A stretch of 64,000 bases of DNA, from the IMG/VR virus record IMGVR_UViG_3300017700_000409, positions 1 to 64,000 of that record. One strand, written 5' to 3'. The first letter of the stretch is position 1. Every line of letters begins with the position of its first letter. A program made the position numbers and the translations under genes. Positions 54,302 through 63,075 of this stretch are shown here, in pieces. Below the pieces are notes generated by a model. It saw only the letters and a list, made by a program, of their open reading frames with translations, was not told where the DNA came from and searched no databases. Source of the DNA: a virus. Taxonomy: Duplodnaviria; Caudoviricetes.

Positions 54302-54792
54302 ATATCACCAAGCCTCTCACGCGCATTCCAGATAAGTTCACGAAGCTCATTCATTTTAGGATCAGAAAATTTGCCGTTGTGACGGGCTTCTGTGAATGCT
54401 TTAAGCATAACACGAGTTACACCTTCAGCGCCATTCACGTGTCCTCGCCACCAAGCCGGATGCGCTCCATCTGTTGAATCAAGCTCCGGGTTATTGGCCT
54501 CTAGCAGTTTCTTATTCGAGGCTTGTAACAATTCAATTGCCTTCTTCTCCTTACCCGGGCAAACAATATCGCAATCCAACTGACAAAATATATCATTCTC
54601 TTCATGTATCTCGCAAACCTCAGGAGAGACGCGAGATAAAAGCGCGCGGGTTATCTTCTCGAAATAAGGGTCAGCGGCTTGTGACGCCTTGCTCAATTTT
54701 GCAGCGGCCAAAAATTTGAGGGCGTTGTTACAAAGTTTTATGAGTTCTTCATCTGTTGTAGTGGGGCTATTCACTTGTCTGCCCCTTTTCAT
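54298..54792 (-). CDS. Hypothetical protein
   Basis: DSTDGAHPAWWRG motif. Confidence 0.65.
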   Translation of the reverse strand: MKRGRQVNSPTTTDEELIKLCNNALKFLAAAKLSKASQAADPYFEKITRALLSRVSPEVCEIHEENDIFCQLDCDIVCPGKEKKAIELLQASNKKLLEANNPELDSTDGAHPAWWRGHVNGAEGVTRVMLKAFTEARHNGKFSDPKMNELRELIWNARERLGDM

Positions 54793-55393
54793 CTTCCACA
54801 GTTCCTATTCCCACATTGGGTTTAACTATCTCCCGCGCGAAATTCTCGGCAATGTGCTTATCGATATAGACCGGGATTTCACCAAAGGCCGTTTCCTCAT
54901 CGTCCTTAAACCGGATGGGAACCCGAAGGATCGCATCTACAATATTCTCAAACGAACGGGCGGACGGCCAATGATCGATAACAACAGTGAAGCTTCCGTC
55001 ATCTTCTTTATCAACCTTAAGGATCGGAGCAGTAGTTGTTCCGATTGCCTCACCGCACTTTGTGTAAAATTGAGCGTTAATTACAGGGAACTTATGCTCA
55101 ACAAGCAAGTCCGCTTTCTCAAGCCTGTCAATAAGCATTCCAATCGGAAGCGAGTTGGATAGACCTAGCTCCCGCGCGAATGTAAAGGCAATAGAGCGGG
55201 CCGCAGAAATAGCGTTACAATCCTCTGGTGCTTCCTTTCCTTCTGCCTCCTTCCTCCTCTCAGCTAGCTCCTTGCGCGTCATCGGGCGGGTAGAGCAATT
55301 AGCCGAGTGGTGAATGTGGCACCGCCCTAGCTCCGCACAAACGTGTAAAGGGCAAGGGGGCCTCTTCGCTTTCTTATCAGACATCTTACGCAC
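54767..55393 (-). CDS. Hypothetical protein
   Basis: Cys/His N-terminus; 208 aa. Confidence 0.6.
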   Translation of the reverse strand: MRKMSDKKAKRPPCPLHVCAELGRCHIHHSANCSTRPMTRKELAERRKEAEGKEAPEDCNAISAARSIAFTFARELGLSNSLPIGMLIDRLEKADLLVEHKFPVINAQFYTKCGEAIGTTTAPILKVDKEDDGSFTVVIDHWPSARSFENIVDAILRVPIRFKDDEETAFGEIPVYIDKHIAENFAREIVKPNVGIGTVEDEKGQTSE

Positions 55394-55640
55394 TCCCTTT
55401 CGTTTCCATCAATCCAGCAAGGATTTGAGCATTACCTCGCTCAACATTTTTCGCCACAACCTCTAAGACTTGAGCAGAGGTGTACTGCCTTTGATCTTGA
55501 AGCGCAGTCAACTTTCCCACGACATTCGAGGCTATCGCAAGAAGCTCTATTGCATTCACTTTGTCCTTGTGCTTATTCATCAAATTCAAAATATCTTGGT
55601 AAGCTATCTCATGCTCCGGCTTAGCTAGATAATCGCCCAT
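55386..55640 (-). CDS. Hypothetical protein
   Basis: TAATG coupling. Confidence 0.65.
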   Translation of the reverse strand: MGDYLAKPEHEIAYQDILNLMNKHKDKVNAIELLAIASNVVGKLTALQDQRQYTSAQVLEVVAKNVERGNAQILAGLMETKGSA

Positions 55641-56131
55641 TAGTGTAACCTTGTCCCGAGAGGAACAACTTGCGGATCAAGTTCATTCCACTGATCAATA
55701 GGCATCCAGTAAGGCTTTCCAAAGTTCTCCTTCCCGGTGGCGAAATACTTTATGCAAAGAACACCATCGTGCGGCTCGGCTCCCTGGGGCTCGTAGGGCT
55801 GGGGCGGGAGGGCTGTGGCGACAGGAATAGGCGAAGGAGTAGGGGCGGGAGAAGGCGCATCCTCTATAACATCGATACGCTCCGCCATATCATCTTCTGT
55901 CATCCCAAACACCTTCCCATCCGGCATCCGCAAAATATATTCCCCGGGCTCAAACAGGTTCGTCTTCAAAGTCTCATTGCCCCTGATCATAAGGCACCAA
56001 AGCTCAGTCATCGGAACAGGGAGGATCGCAATAAATCGAAGGTTCACCCAAGCCGGGGCCGTAGACAGATCAAGCTGCTTCCCCGTCCACTTAAAAATAT
56101 CAACGGGGAGGGGTTTAAGGCGATAACTCAT
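55640..56131 (-). CDS. Hypothetical protein with Pro-rich linker
   Basis: Start moved to ATG56131; Y..KP..V....W.G and PG.YI....DG motifs. Confidence 0.6.
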   Translation of the reverse strand: MSYRLKPLPVDIFKWTGKQLDLSTAPAWVNLRFIAILPVPMTELWCLMIRGNETLKTNLFEPGEYILRMPDGKVFGMTEDDMAERIDVIEDAPSPAPTPSPIPVATALPPQPYEPQGAEPHDGVLCIKYFATGKENFGKPYWMPIDQWNELDPQVVPLGTRLH

Positions 56132-56141
56132 TTCAGTGTTC

Positions 56142-56432
56142 CTATTTGTTTGATGGCTTCTTAGATGTAACAACGTGCTTGGGCGGGTTGGAGGGGATAT
56201 ACACGCCACCTACGCTGCGCTGGTTCGTCCCGGGTATACAACCTCTATCATCCCGGTCCACCTTCTCTTTATCAGTGAAGATGGCTTTAGAAAAAGAAAC
56301 ACCCAGAGAAATACCAATCATAATTCCGAGAGCCCAGAAGATAACAAAGTCATTCTTCCAGATCCCAATGACGATGTACCTATCAACGAAAAAATAAAGC
56401 GACAGGATACAGGCGATGATTAAACCGATCAT
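56142..56432 (-). CDS. Two-TM membrane protein
   Basis: Two hydrophobic runs; ATGA-coupled. Confidence 0.55.
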   Translation of the reverse strand: MIGLIIACILSLYFFVDRYIVIGIWKNDFVIFWALGIMIGISLGVSFSKAIFTDKEKVDRDDRGCIPGTNQRSVGGVYIPSNPPKHVVTSKKPSNK

Positions 56433-56998
56433 TTTGATTGGCTCCCTTTCAAGTGATCGCGAGTGTAGGGAATAAGCTTAGCGGCCCCTCGGATATACAA
56501 GGGGTGCTTGGGTGTGCCGTCTGAGTTGATGGTAAGACAATGGGTCCAGGGTTTAGTTTCCCAGACATACTCAAGAACAACCCCATCTTGCGCGAGGAGC
56601 TTACCGTCCAAGCCCCACCCGAGGATTATAGCATCAGCCTTGCGCAAGGTCTTGGCTAGCTGGTCCCAGTACTCGGGGCCGATGATGTCCTTGTCGTAGC
56701 GAACAGCCCGCAACTCCTCGCGGGAGGAGGTACGATAGGCGAAGAGGTTGGCGACAACGAGACGGTTGGAGCCGTTCATCTTCGCGAAGGAAACGCACCG
56801 GCGAATAGTCGGGTCATCTTCGGTGGCGTCTGCTGTGCTCGGATTGAGCATAATAAAGAGGGTTGTCTTGGGTTTTGGCGCGGGGTCCGTCTTACGGATG
56901 CGCGGGGGCAGAGCCCACTCACGCGTCAACTCATATCGGTAATGCTTGCAATTCGATATGATTGCGCTGGTAGCGGTATATAGATTTTGCTTCGTCAT
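56429..56998 (-). CDS. DUF1643-domain protein
   Basis: YRY.L.R.W, IMLNPSTAD...DDPTI.RC, NLFA.R, WG, HPLY. Confidence 0.85.
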   Translation of the reverse strand: MTKQNLYTATSAIISNCKHYRYELTREWALPPRIRKTDPAPKPKTTLFIMLNPSTADATEDDPTIRRCVSFAKMNGSNRLVVANLFAYRTSSREELRAVRYDKDIIGPEYWDQLAKTLRKADAIILGWGLDGKLLAQDGVVLEYVWETKPWTHCLTINSDGTPKHPLYIRGAAKLIPYTRDHLKGSQSK

Positions 56999-57197
56999 CT
57001 CAGATGATCCTTTCTAGTCGCTTTATTCTAGTCTTCTTGGTCTGCGTAAATTCTCAATACCTTCGGGCCTGAACAAGTTGGTTCAATCTTCATAGCGCGA
57101 ATTGAATTTACGCCTTCGCCAGACGCCTCAACTAAAACCTCGCAATCCAATTCGCTTATGAATACAGCATCAAGGAGCTTCTTCATCTCTCTTACGG

Positions 57198-57455
57198 TCA
57201 TTTTGTTTCTCCTAATATCCGTTCACGCTCTGCCTTGAGTTGTTCTGGTGTGAATTCGGGCGTTCCATAATGCTTTCCGGTAAAGTGCCGGTTGTAATAG
57301 GCATCATAAAGAGCTTTATGGTCGATGGAGATTTTTGTCTCCTTCAAAAGCTTACCATGAGCAACCTCTCCACGCGTCCAAACGCTATGATCATCGGACA
57401 TAGCATAATACCAATCGTGACAAGCGAGAGCCTTATCAAATTCTTTTAAGTTCAT
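57198..57455 (-). CDS. Hypothetical protein
   Basis: L..HDW.Y..SDD..VW..G motif. Confidence 0.65.
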   Translation of the reverse strand: MNLKEFDKALACHDWYYAMSDDHSVWTRGEVAHGKLLKETKISIDHKALYDAYYNRHFTGKHYGTPEFTPEQLKAERERILGETK

Positions 57456-57459
57456 TCCC

Positions 57460-57732
57460 TTATCCTTTCTTTATCAAATCAATAACCTGTTGAGCGGTAA
57501 CAGGTTTGGCTTGATCGTAAGTCTCATAAAAATAATCTCCAGGCTTTAGCTGATCACGCCAGCCATGAAGACGTAAGATTTGATTTGTAGCCATATCTTT
57601 ACAGACAAGCTCTCGGCATCCAGAAGGCTCTTGGCGAATTACCCGGCAAAATTTGTTCTCGGATGGCACGCCACCAAGATAGGATCGAATGTCAATTTGG
57701 AATGGAGCTTTCATGTAATCGTTCCTTATCAA
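57460..57732 (-). CDS. Hypothetical protein
   Basis: ATGA-coupled. Confidence 0.55.
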   Translation of the reverse strand: MIRNDYMKAPFQIDIRSYLGGVPSENKFCRVIRQEPSGCRELVCKDMATNQILRLHGWRDQLKPGDYFYETYDQAKPVTAQQVIDLIKKG

Positions 57733-58253
57733 AGAGCCCCTATCTGTGCCCCAGAAAACTTATCAACCCATTCATCGTCAGCTTCACGAGTTATCATAAT
57801 TTTCCCCTTCTCTACAACTTGATAAAATTCCGGGGCTATCCTTGCTTTCTGATAATTCCGAAAAGTCTTTATAGAAACCCCTCTCAATAAGCACCATTCC
57901 TTTAATGATAGAGATAATCCAATTTTATGACGAAGTTTTATCTCATCAATATTCTCTTTCGTCTCGCTCTGTTTATCAAAACCTAATCTCTCAATCATTT
58001 TCTTAAGATTAAGTGGTGTAACGTCAAACCATTCACCATGGAGACGATAAGAAGAAAAATTTTCATGTATAACAGTTTCAATCCTCCTCAAGTCAGAATT
58101 AGGAGGGAACTTAAACACATGAAATATTTTCAATACAACAGGGGACCCAACCTGAAGTTCACGAAGTCTCTGGGCAACAGACTTCTTCCTAGTTGATCCA
58201 ATCTTAGTTGGGGCGCGACCTGTCGCTGCGGCAATAAGATAAATCCCACTCAT
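57729..58253 (-). CDS. GIY-YIG (T5orf172-like) domain fused to an excisionase-like HTH
   Basis: IYLI, KIG.T, RL..LQ.GSP, E..IH..F, GEWF; visibly AT-rich. Confidence 0.75.
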   Translation of the reverse strand: MSGIYLIAAATGRAPTKIGSTRKKSVAQRLRELQVGSPVVLKIFHVFKFPPNSDLRRIETVIHENFSSYRLHGEWFDVTPLNLKKMIERLGFDKQSETKENIDEIKLRHKIGLSLSLKEWCLLRGVSIKTFRNYQKARIAPEFYQVVEKGKIMITREADDEWVDKFSGAQIGAL

Positions 58254-58254
58254 A

Positions 58255-59832
58255 TCAAAACTCCTCGGTCCCGCCCTTCTTCGCGGCTGTGCCTGTCGCC
58301 TTCGTGTCCGGGGCCTTGGGCGAAGGCAACTCCCAAAGGTTCATAGGCTTACCCCCGACCTTCTTGACGTTACTCGACCCGCCTTTATCCTGGAGCATAC
58401 GGTAGACCGATTGCCTAGAACGCCCATAGTCAACTCTTCGTTGATCGAGATAGGTAAAAAGGTCCACAGAGCGGAAATAAATAAATTTCCCGTCATTGTG
58501 TGGGCGCCCAGTCCATACTTCATCGAGGGTTTTGGCTTGGGCCTTTTGGAGACAAAACATCTCAATGTGATCCCAGAGCAATCCCTTCGGGCCTGCCTCA
58601 ACGGGGAGTTGTATTATGTCGGCTCCTAGTACCATCTCCCCTAGCGTCTTAATCCACTGGGCTGGCGGAAGGTGGACGGGTATGATGCCTAGCTCGCCTA
58701 GACAATACTTGTTGAAGCTGTCGCGGTTGTAGAGCGTTTCGTTGTCCATGAAGAGCCGCGAGCCCGCAACTTCTAATCCCCACCACACTGGATCGCCAGG
58801 GGACGTTATGTAACGGGTCATGCCGCCTATCTCTAGGACGCCCTTGCGCGTCTCGCCAATTCCATACTCACGCTTGAGGCACTCTGGCTTATTACAAAAG
58901 TCACATATGGGCGCTTCTTCGCATTTGTATTTGTACTCTTTCTTAGAGACTGACTTGCGTATCTCGTTAATCTCGTTCTTAGAGAGAAGAGGCTTGCAAA
59001 ACTCAGCGTTGTATTCGTCCAGCTTGTGTTCCCAGTCACCCGGGAAGCGGGACTTTAGGTACACAGCAACATCAAACATCCCATCGTTGCGCGTCCCGTC
59101 CGGAAAGCCACCATCTTCGTGCAGTATCTGGAGGCAAGGCGGGGCCTCAAAGAGAAGTGTATCACCCTCGGGGCGCTTGAGGGCTTTTGTCTTTACGTTA
59201 TCGAAGGTGACCTTTGACTTTTCCGCGCGGTCGAGGAAGGCCCCTAGTTCGGCTTTCTCGCCGTCTAGGATGCCGTAGCGGTTACAGTCTTTCCCGAATG
59301 CCCCGAAATAGGGCATGTTGATCCAATTGCCGAAGTCCTCGGGGGAGCCGCGCCCACTCTGCTTGGGGAATATCTCGCACCCGCCAAACCCAAGCTCAGC
59401 AGACCAATCGGCTAAACGCTCGCGGACCTTCGCGGCCTCGACTGGCTTTTTGAAGAAGATATAGAGGTGAGCGCCACCCGACTTAGAGCGGCATATCAGC
59501 AGCGGATATTTCTTCGCCTTTATCTTCGCTTCGAGCTTCTTGTGATTGATGTCGTTTTGGTCGATGTCGAGGGCTGACCAAAGTACGCAATTGTCGGCCA
59601 TCAAGGGTATAACACCCATAGCATCAGACGGGGAGGCCCCGAAGAGGTGCTTTATATAGTCCTCTAGGGTTGCGCCGCGCTTGTGGGTGATGGCGCGGCC
59701 TTTGACTTTGCCGTTAGCTTCTTTGGTCTTTATCTCGTAGGTGCCGAAGGCTTCTTCATAGCCCGCGAAGAGAGCGGAGAAGCGCAAAGCCAGCGCGTTC
59801 TGCTCATCCGTCATGGATGGTTTCTTTGCCAT
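58255..59832 (-). CDS. Archaeo-eukaryotic (AEP) primase-polymerase
   Basis: ALDID, RSKSGGAHLY.F, EIFPKQ, GNWINMPY, PPCL, G.RN..MF; C-terminal CEE.PIC.FC....C. Confidence 0.85.
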   Translation of the reverse strand: MAKKPSMTDEQNALALRFSALFAGYEEAFGTYEIKTKEANGKVKGRAITHKRGATLEDYIKHLFGASPSDAMGVIPLMADNCVLWSALDIDQNDINHKKLEAKIKAKKYPLLICRSKSGGAHLYIFFKKPVEAAKVRERLADWSAELGFGGCEIFPKQSGRGSPEDFGNWINMPYFGAFGKDCNRYGILDGEKAELGAFLDRAEKSKVTFDNVKTKALKRPEGDTLLFEAPPCLQILHEDGGFPDGTRNDGMFDVAVYLKSRFPGDWEHKLDEYNAEFCKPLLSKNEINEIRKSVSKKEYKYKCEEAPICDFCNKPECLKREYGIGETRKGVLEIGGMTRYITSPGDPVWWGLEVAGSRLFMDNETLYNRDSFNKYCLGELGIIPVHLPPAQWIKTLGEMVLGADIIQLPVEAGPKGLLWDHIEMFCLQKAQAKTLDEVWTGRPHNDGKFIYFRSVDLFTYLDQRRVDYGRSRQSVYRMLQDKGGSSNVKKVGGKPMNLWELPSPKAPDTKATGTAAKKGGTEEF

Positions 59833-59877
59833 ATATCCCTAGTCCTTATATAAGCAGCTGCGAGTGAATGTGCGCGC

Positions 59878-60243
59878 TTAAAAGACAACCGGGATTTTTT
59901 CGGGGATGTAAGTGAACTCGCCTGTGGGCTGGCCCTTGCTCCGGTCGATGTGCTTAGAGAAGCGCAGCCACATGAAGTGAGGAATGCTCAGCTTTGCTAG
60001 AGCAATGCCGACCATCAGCGGGGCGAGGGGATCGCCGATGGCCCAGAGGATATAATCATTCCAATGATCGAAGTTTTTCAGACCCTTCTCAATCTCCCCG
60101 AGAACCAGGAGAGGATTTTGAGATGCCTTGACGTCTTCGTGGAGGAGAGATTTGATTGTGCCGAACTTGCGGGCAGGATCAAGATTGATTGGTGATGCGC
60201 GGTTCTTCTGACGTGGTTCTTGAACGAGATAGACTGTAGGCAT
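59878..60243 (-). CDS. Hypothetical alpha/beta protein, paralog of 36970-37332
   Basis: VYLVQE, ARKFGT, NDYI...GDP, WLRF, EFTY.P.KI. Confidence 0.7.
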   Translation of the reverse strand: MPTVYLVQEPRQKNRASPINLDPARKFGTIKSLLHEDVKASQNPLLVLGEIEKGLKNFDHWNDYILWAIGDPLAPLMVGIALAKLSIPHFMWLRFSKHIDRSKGQPTGEFTYIPEKIPVVF

Positions 60244-60274
60244 AATTATTTCCCCAAGTTATAGAAACGAAAAA

Positions 60275-60309
60275 GCAGCACTCATAACTGGTCCCAACCA
60301 GAGTGCTGC
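60275..60309 (-). terminator. Probable terminator
   Basis: GCAGCACTC/GAGTGCTGC 9-bp stem followed by TTTTT on the minus strand. Confidence 0.6.
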
Positions 60310-60624
60310 CTTCTCAATATAGCGCCCCGTCACATGACGGTCCTTGCTTCGGGGCAGTTCAGGCCTTCTAGGATTTCGAGCAATCCCCAGGGGCATCATC
60401 AGGGTGGGGGAGGAGAAAGTCAAAAGTCCAGTGCCGCGACCTACGCCTAGTTAGCCTCCGGAAAATGAGAAAGGGAAGAGGTTAGTAAAAAGGCCCGAGG
60501 CTTCGGGGTTTCCGGCCCCTCCCGGGGGCGTAGGGGAGTGGATAGGGCTTCGCGGCTCGGGATAGACCGGCCCCGGGGGAGATGTGCGCCTGCAGGCCTT
60601 AAAAATGGCGCGGGAGGGGAGGGA

Positions 60625-61014
60625 TTAAGCGGGCTCTTCCATTAGATCGAAGTCCTCGATGCGGGCTGTAGTCTCGGGGAAGACGTGGGGCTTGAACCAA
60701 TACTTCGGGCCGTCACCTCTTACCATGTTTTCCATATGTGTGACTGCCTCTAGGTGATCTGGATTAGCGCACTGACGGACTTTACAAAGATGATCAACCA
60801 CTAGGCCTTTAGGAACTTCTTTCCCATGGAACAGTTTCCAAGCCGCCCGGTGAATATATTCGCACCTACCCTCAAACCATATCTTAACGTGGGACTTATC
60901 TTCGCCCTTGCCGTTGTCGGCACTGCCTTCATATATCCAGCACCCACAATGCGGGATTGTGAAGCAACGGTTGAAAATATCCTCTAGGGTCTTGATTGGG
61001 GGATTAACGTTCAC
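60625..61014 (-). CDS. HNH endonuclease
   Basis: CWIY.G, HR.AW....G, VDHLC..R.C.NP.HLEAVT..EN; GTG start at 61014 inferred. Confidence 0.85.
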   Translation of the reverse strand: MNVNPPIKTLEDIFNRCFTIPHCGCWIYEGSADNGKGEDKSHVKIWFEGRCEYIHRAAWKLFHGKEVPKGLVVDHLCKVRQCANPDHLEAVTHMENMVRGDGPKYWFKPHVFPETTARIEDFDLMEEPA

Positions 61015-61459
61015 CGGGAATTTTCCTTCCAATGCGGCGGAAATTCTTATTACGCTTTGCGATACGAGCGTCAAATTTATCGAGGCCCCTGCGGGCATCG
61101 TAAGGTTCGCGCTCGATAGTGCGCTTGATCTCTTGGGCCTTCGCTTCTTTCATCCCGCGCTTCCTCGCTAGCCAATATGCCTTATTCGCTCGCACTTCAA
61201 GAAGGTCTTTCGCTGCGGCGTGACGTCTCCGGAGAAGGGCGCGATGGAGTACTGCTTTTAGGTCATCGTCCTTTAGCGTTTCGCGAATTGCCTTCACGAG
61301 AGACACTAGGTTGTCTTCATTGAAGAGAACTAGCTCAATTTCATGGCGGAGATATTTGTACATCCTGTCCATCTCCCGCTCCACCCGTTCTTGCGGGGTG
61401 ATCAGGTAATCTTTTACTTCGTATTTTTCGAGACGGTCAGGGAATTTAGTTTTGGGCAT
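61004..61459 (-). CDS. Basic hypothetical protein
   Basis: Arg/Lys-rich helical ORF. Confidence 0.6.
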   Translation of the reverse strand: MPKTKFPDRLEKYEVKDYLITPQERVEREMDRMYKYLRHEIELVLFNEDNLVSLVKAIRETLKDDDLKAVLHRALLRRRHAAAKDLLEVRANKAYWLARKRGMKEAKAQEIKRTIEREPYDARRGLDKFDARIAKRNKNFRRIGRKIPGER

Positions 61460-61838
61460 TTTGTTTTCTCTTTTCTTCCCGCTTCTCAAAAGCACGCTGC
61501 CTTTGTTCTAGTTTCATTTTGAAAATGTTAAGTTCACTTCTTAGATTTCCTCTTATCTCTTTGCTTAGGGTCCTGTCTTTCAGTTTATCTTCAATCAACC
61601 TAATCCATTTAAGAAGCCCGCCAAATGTTCCATTCCTTCTTTTAGCGTCCATGTTCTTTGGATCGCTATGCCACTTCTTCATACGCGCGGATTGTTCCAT
61701 TTTATTTCGAGGGTCTTTCCAATACCTTTGCCTTCCCATTTTTACCGCAGCAGACCAGTGCCTCTTAAATGAGGGATTTTTGTGAAGCTCTTTCATTCTC
61801 TGAGACTGTTCCAACGCGGCCTTCGATCCTTTTTTCAT
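61446..61838 (-). CDS. Basic protein with NUMOD3-like helical repeats
   Basis: QS.RMK.LH.NP / R..W.DP / QSARMKKW.SDP repeats; first gene of the minus arm. Confidence 0.55.
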   Translation of the reverse strand: MKKGSKAALEQSQRMKELHKNPSFKRHWSAAVKMGRQRYWKDPRNKMEQSARMKKWHSDPKNMDAKRRNGTFGGLLKWIRLIEDKLKDRTLSKEIRGNLRSELNIFKMKLEQRQRAFEKREEKRKQNAQN

Positions 61839-61839
61839 T

Positions 61840-62380
61840 CTCTTCGCTCCAAGGCTAGCGGGACGGATAATATATACTAAAGCCTTGAACTATTTTAAGG
61901 ACGCTGATGGGAGGAAAAGGAGGTGAGGCCGGTACGGTAATACTAGGGAAAGGCAGATATAGTTTTTTTCTATAACTATCTTGATTTTGTATCGTGTATA
62001 ACCTGTAGTGGTACTTAACCCATAAACATAAGGCTAAGTTACAGGTTATAGAGAAGGTTATAGCAGTTATTCAATAACTTGGGAGAAGATGTAGATGATA
62101 CGGGGATTAGTTTAGTTATGGTTGTAAAAAAATTCGCTATTCTCCAGTGGGTCCTCGTTCATGTAAAAAATATATATCTGGCTTTCTCGCGTATATAACC
62201 GGAGACGCTTCCCCGTCTCTCCAATGATTTCGCGGCGATGTTGTACTTTTTCTGGGTATAACCCTTATAATCACTGAGCAACTTGTGGGTGTGATTTCGC
62301 TGGTTCAAACCAATTCACATCACCACAAAGCTATTCCCCGTACTGGCTAACGTTTATCCTCCTGCCCTATTGATTAGTGA
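61840..62380. promoter_or_regulatory. AT-rich divergent control region with TATAAC(C) repeats; candidate origin and/or promoters
   Basis: TATAAC(C) at 61971, 61997, 62194, 62257; GGTTATA at 62044, 62056; 11-bp inverted repeat 61997-62007/62040-62050. Confidence 0.6.
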
Positions 62381-62383
62381 CTG

Positions 62384-62980
62384 ATGCGGGCGGGGGCCGA
62401 AACCAAATTGAATGAGCATTTCGTAATTGAAACGAATATGATGAGTGAGGCACTCGCTCAAAGTGAAGTTTCAAATCTCGGCTTTGACGTCACGTGGTTG
62501 AATACCAGAATTGAATTAAGAACCAAAAACGGAAGACGGGTGATCATCACCTCGCTCTTCCCATCCTACATCTTCGTAGCATTCGACCGTAGACAGAACT
62601 ATTGGAAACGCATAATACAATGCCGAGGTGTTAAGCAAATCCTCGGCTCCACACCCGATAAACCTCAACCATTGCCCGCTGGAGCTTTAGACTTAATCCG
62701 GTCACGGTTCGCGGCAGGTGAGTTTTCGGGGGTGGAGCCGAAGGAGAAGAAGACCGAAGAACCAAAACGTGTGCTACAACGTCGCGTTGAAGAAGGTGAC
62801 TTGGTCTTAGTCGAGATGGGAAGCCTGGGCGGAAAGGTTTCTGGGGTTTGTACGATGAGCGCCAAGGACAGAGTGAAAGTCCTAATGGAGTTCATGGGTG
62901 GGTTACGCCAGTTGGAATTTGCTTCCTCTCGCGTAACATTAGCAACTAGCAATATATCAAAACAACTTGAACTAGCCTAG
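62384..62980 (+). CDS. NusG-family transcription antiterminator (NGN + KOW)
   Basis: LFPSYIFV, RGV..I.G, P.PLP, GD.V.V..G.L.G..G, RV.VL..F.G. Confidence 0.85.
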   Translation: MRAGAETKLNEHFVIETNMMSEALAQSEVSNLGFDVTWLNTRIELRTKNGRRVIITSLFPSYIFVAFDRRQNYWKRIIQCRGVKQILGSTPDKPQPLPAGALDLIRSRFAAGEFSGVEPKEKKTEEPKRVLQRRVEEGDLVLVEMGSLGGKVSGVCTMSAKDRVKVLMEFMGGLRQLEFASSRVTLATSNISKQLELA

Positions 62981-63075
62981 CTAGCATCGACAGGCCACCT
63001 TGCCCTCGGGCAATCCAACCTCACGTGTGTAGCTCGGCCCTACCAACTTCCAGAACTAATGGGAGAGCGTGAGCA

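Noticed and set aside
34484-60553. Shared 11-mer TAGGGCTTCGC in two intergenic regions
   Set aside because: A single 11-mer pair is expected many times by chance in 64 kb
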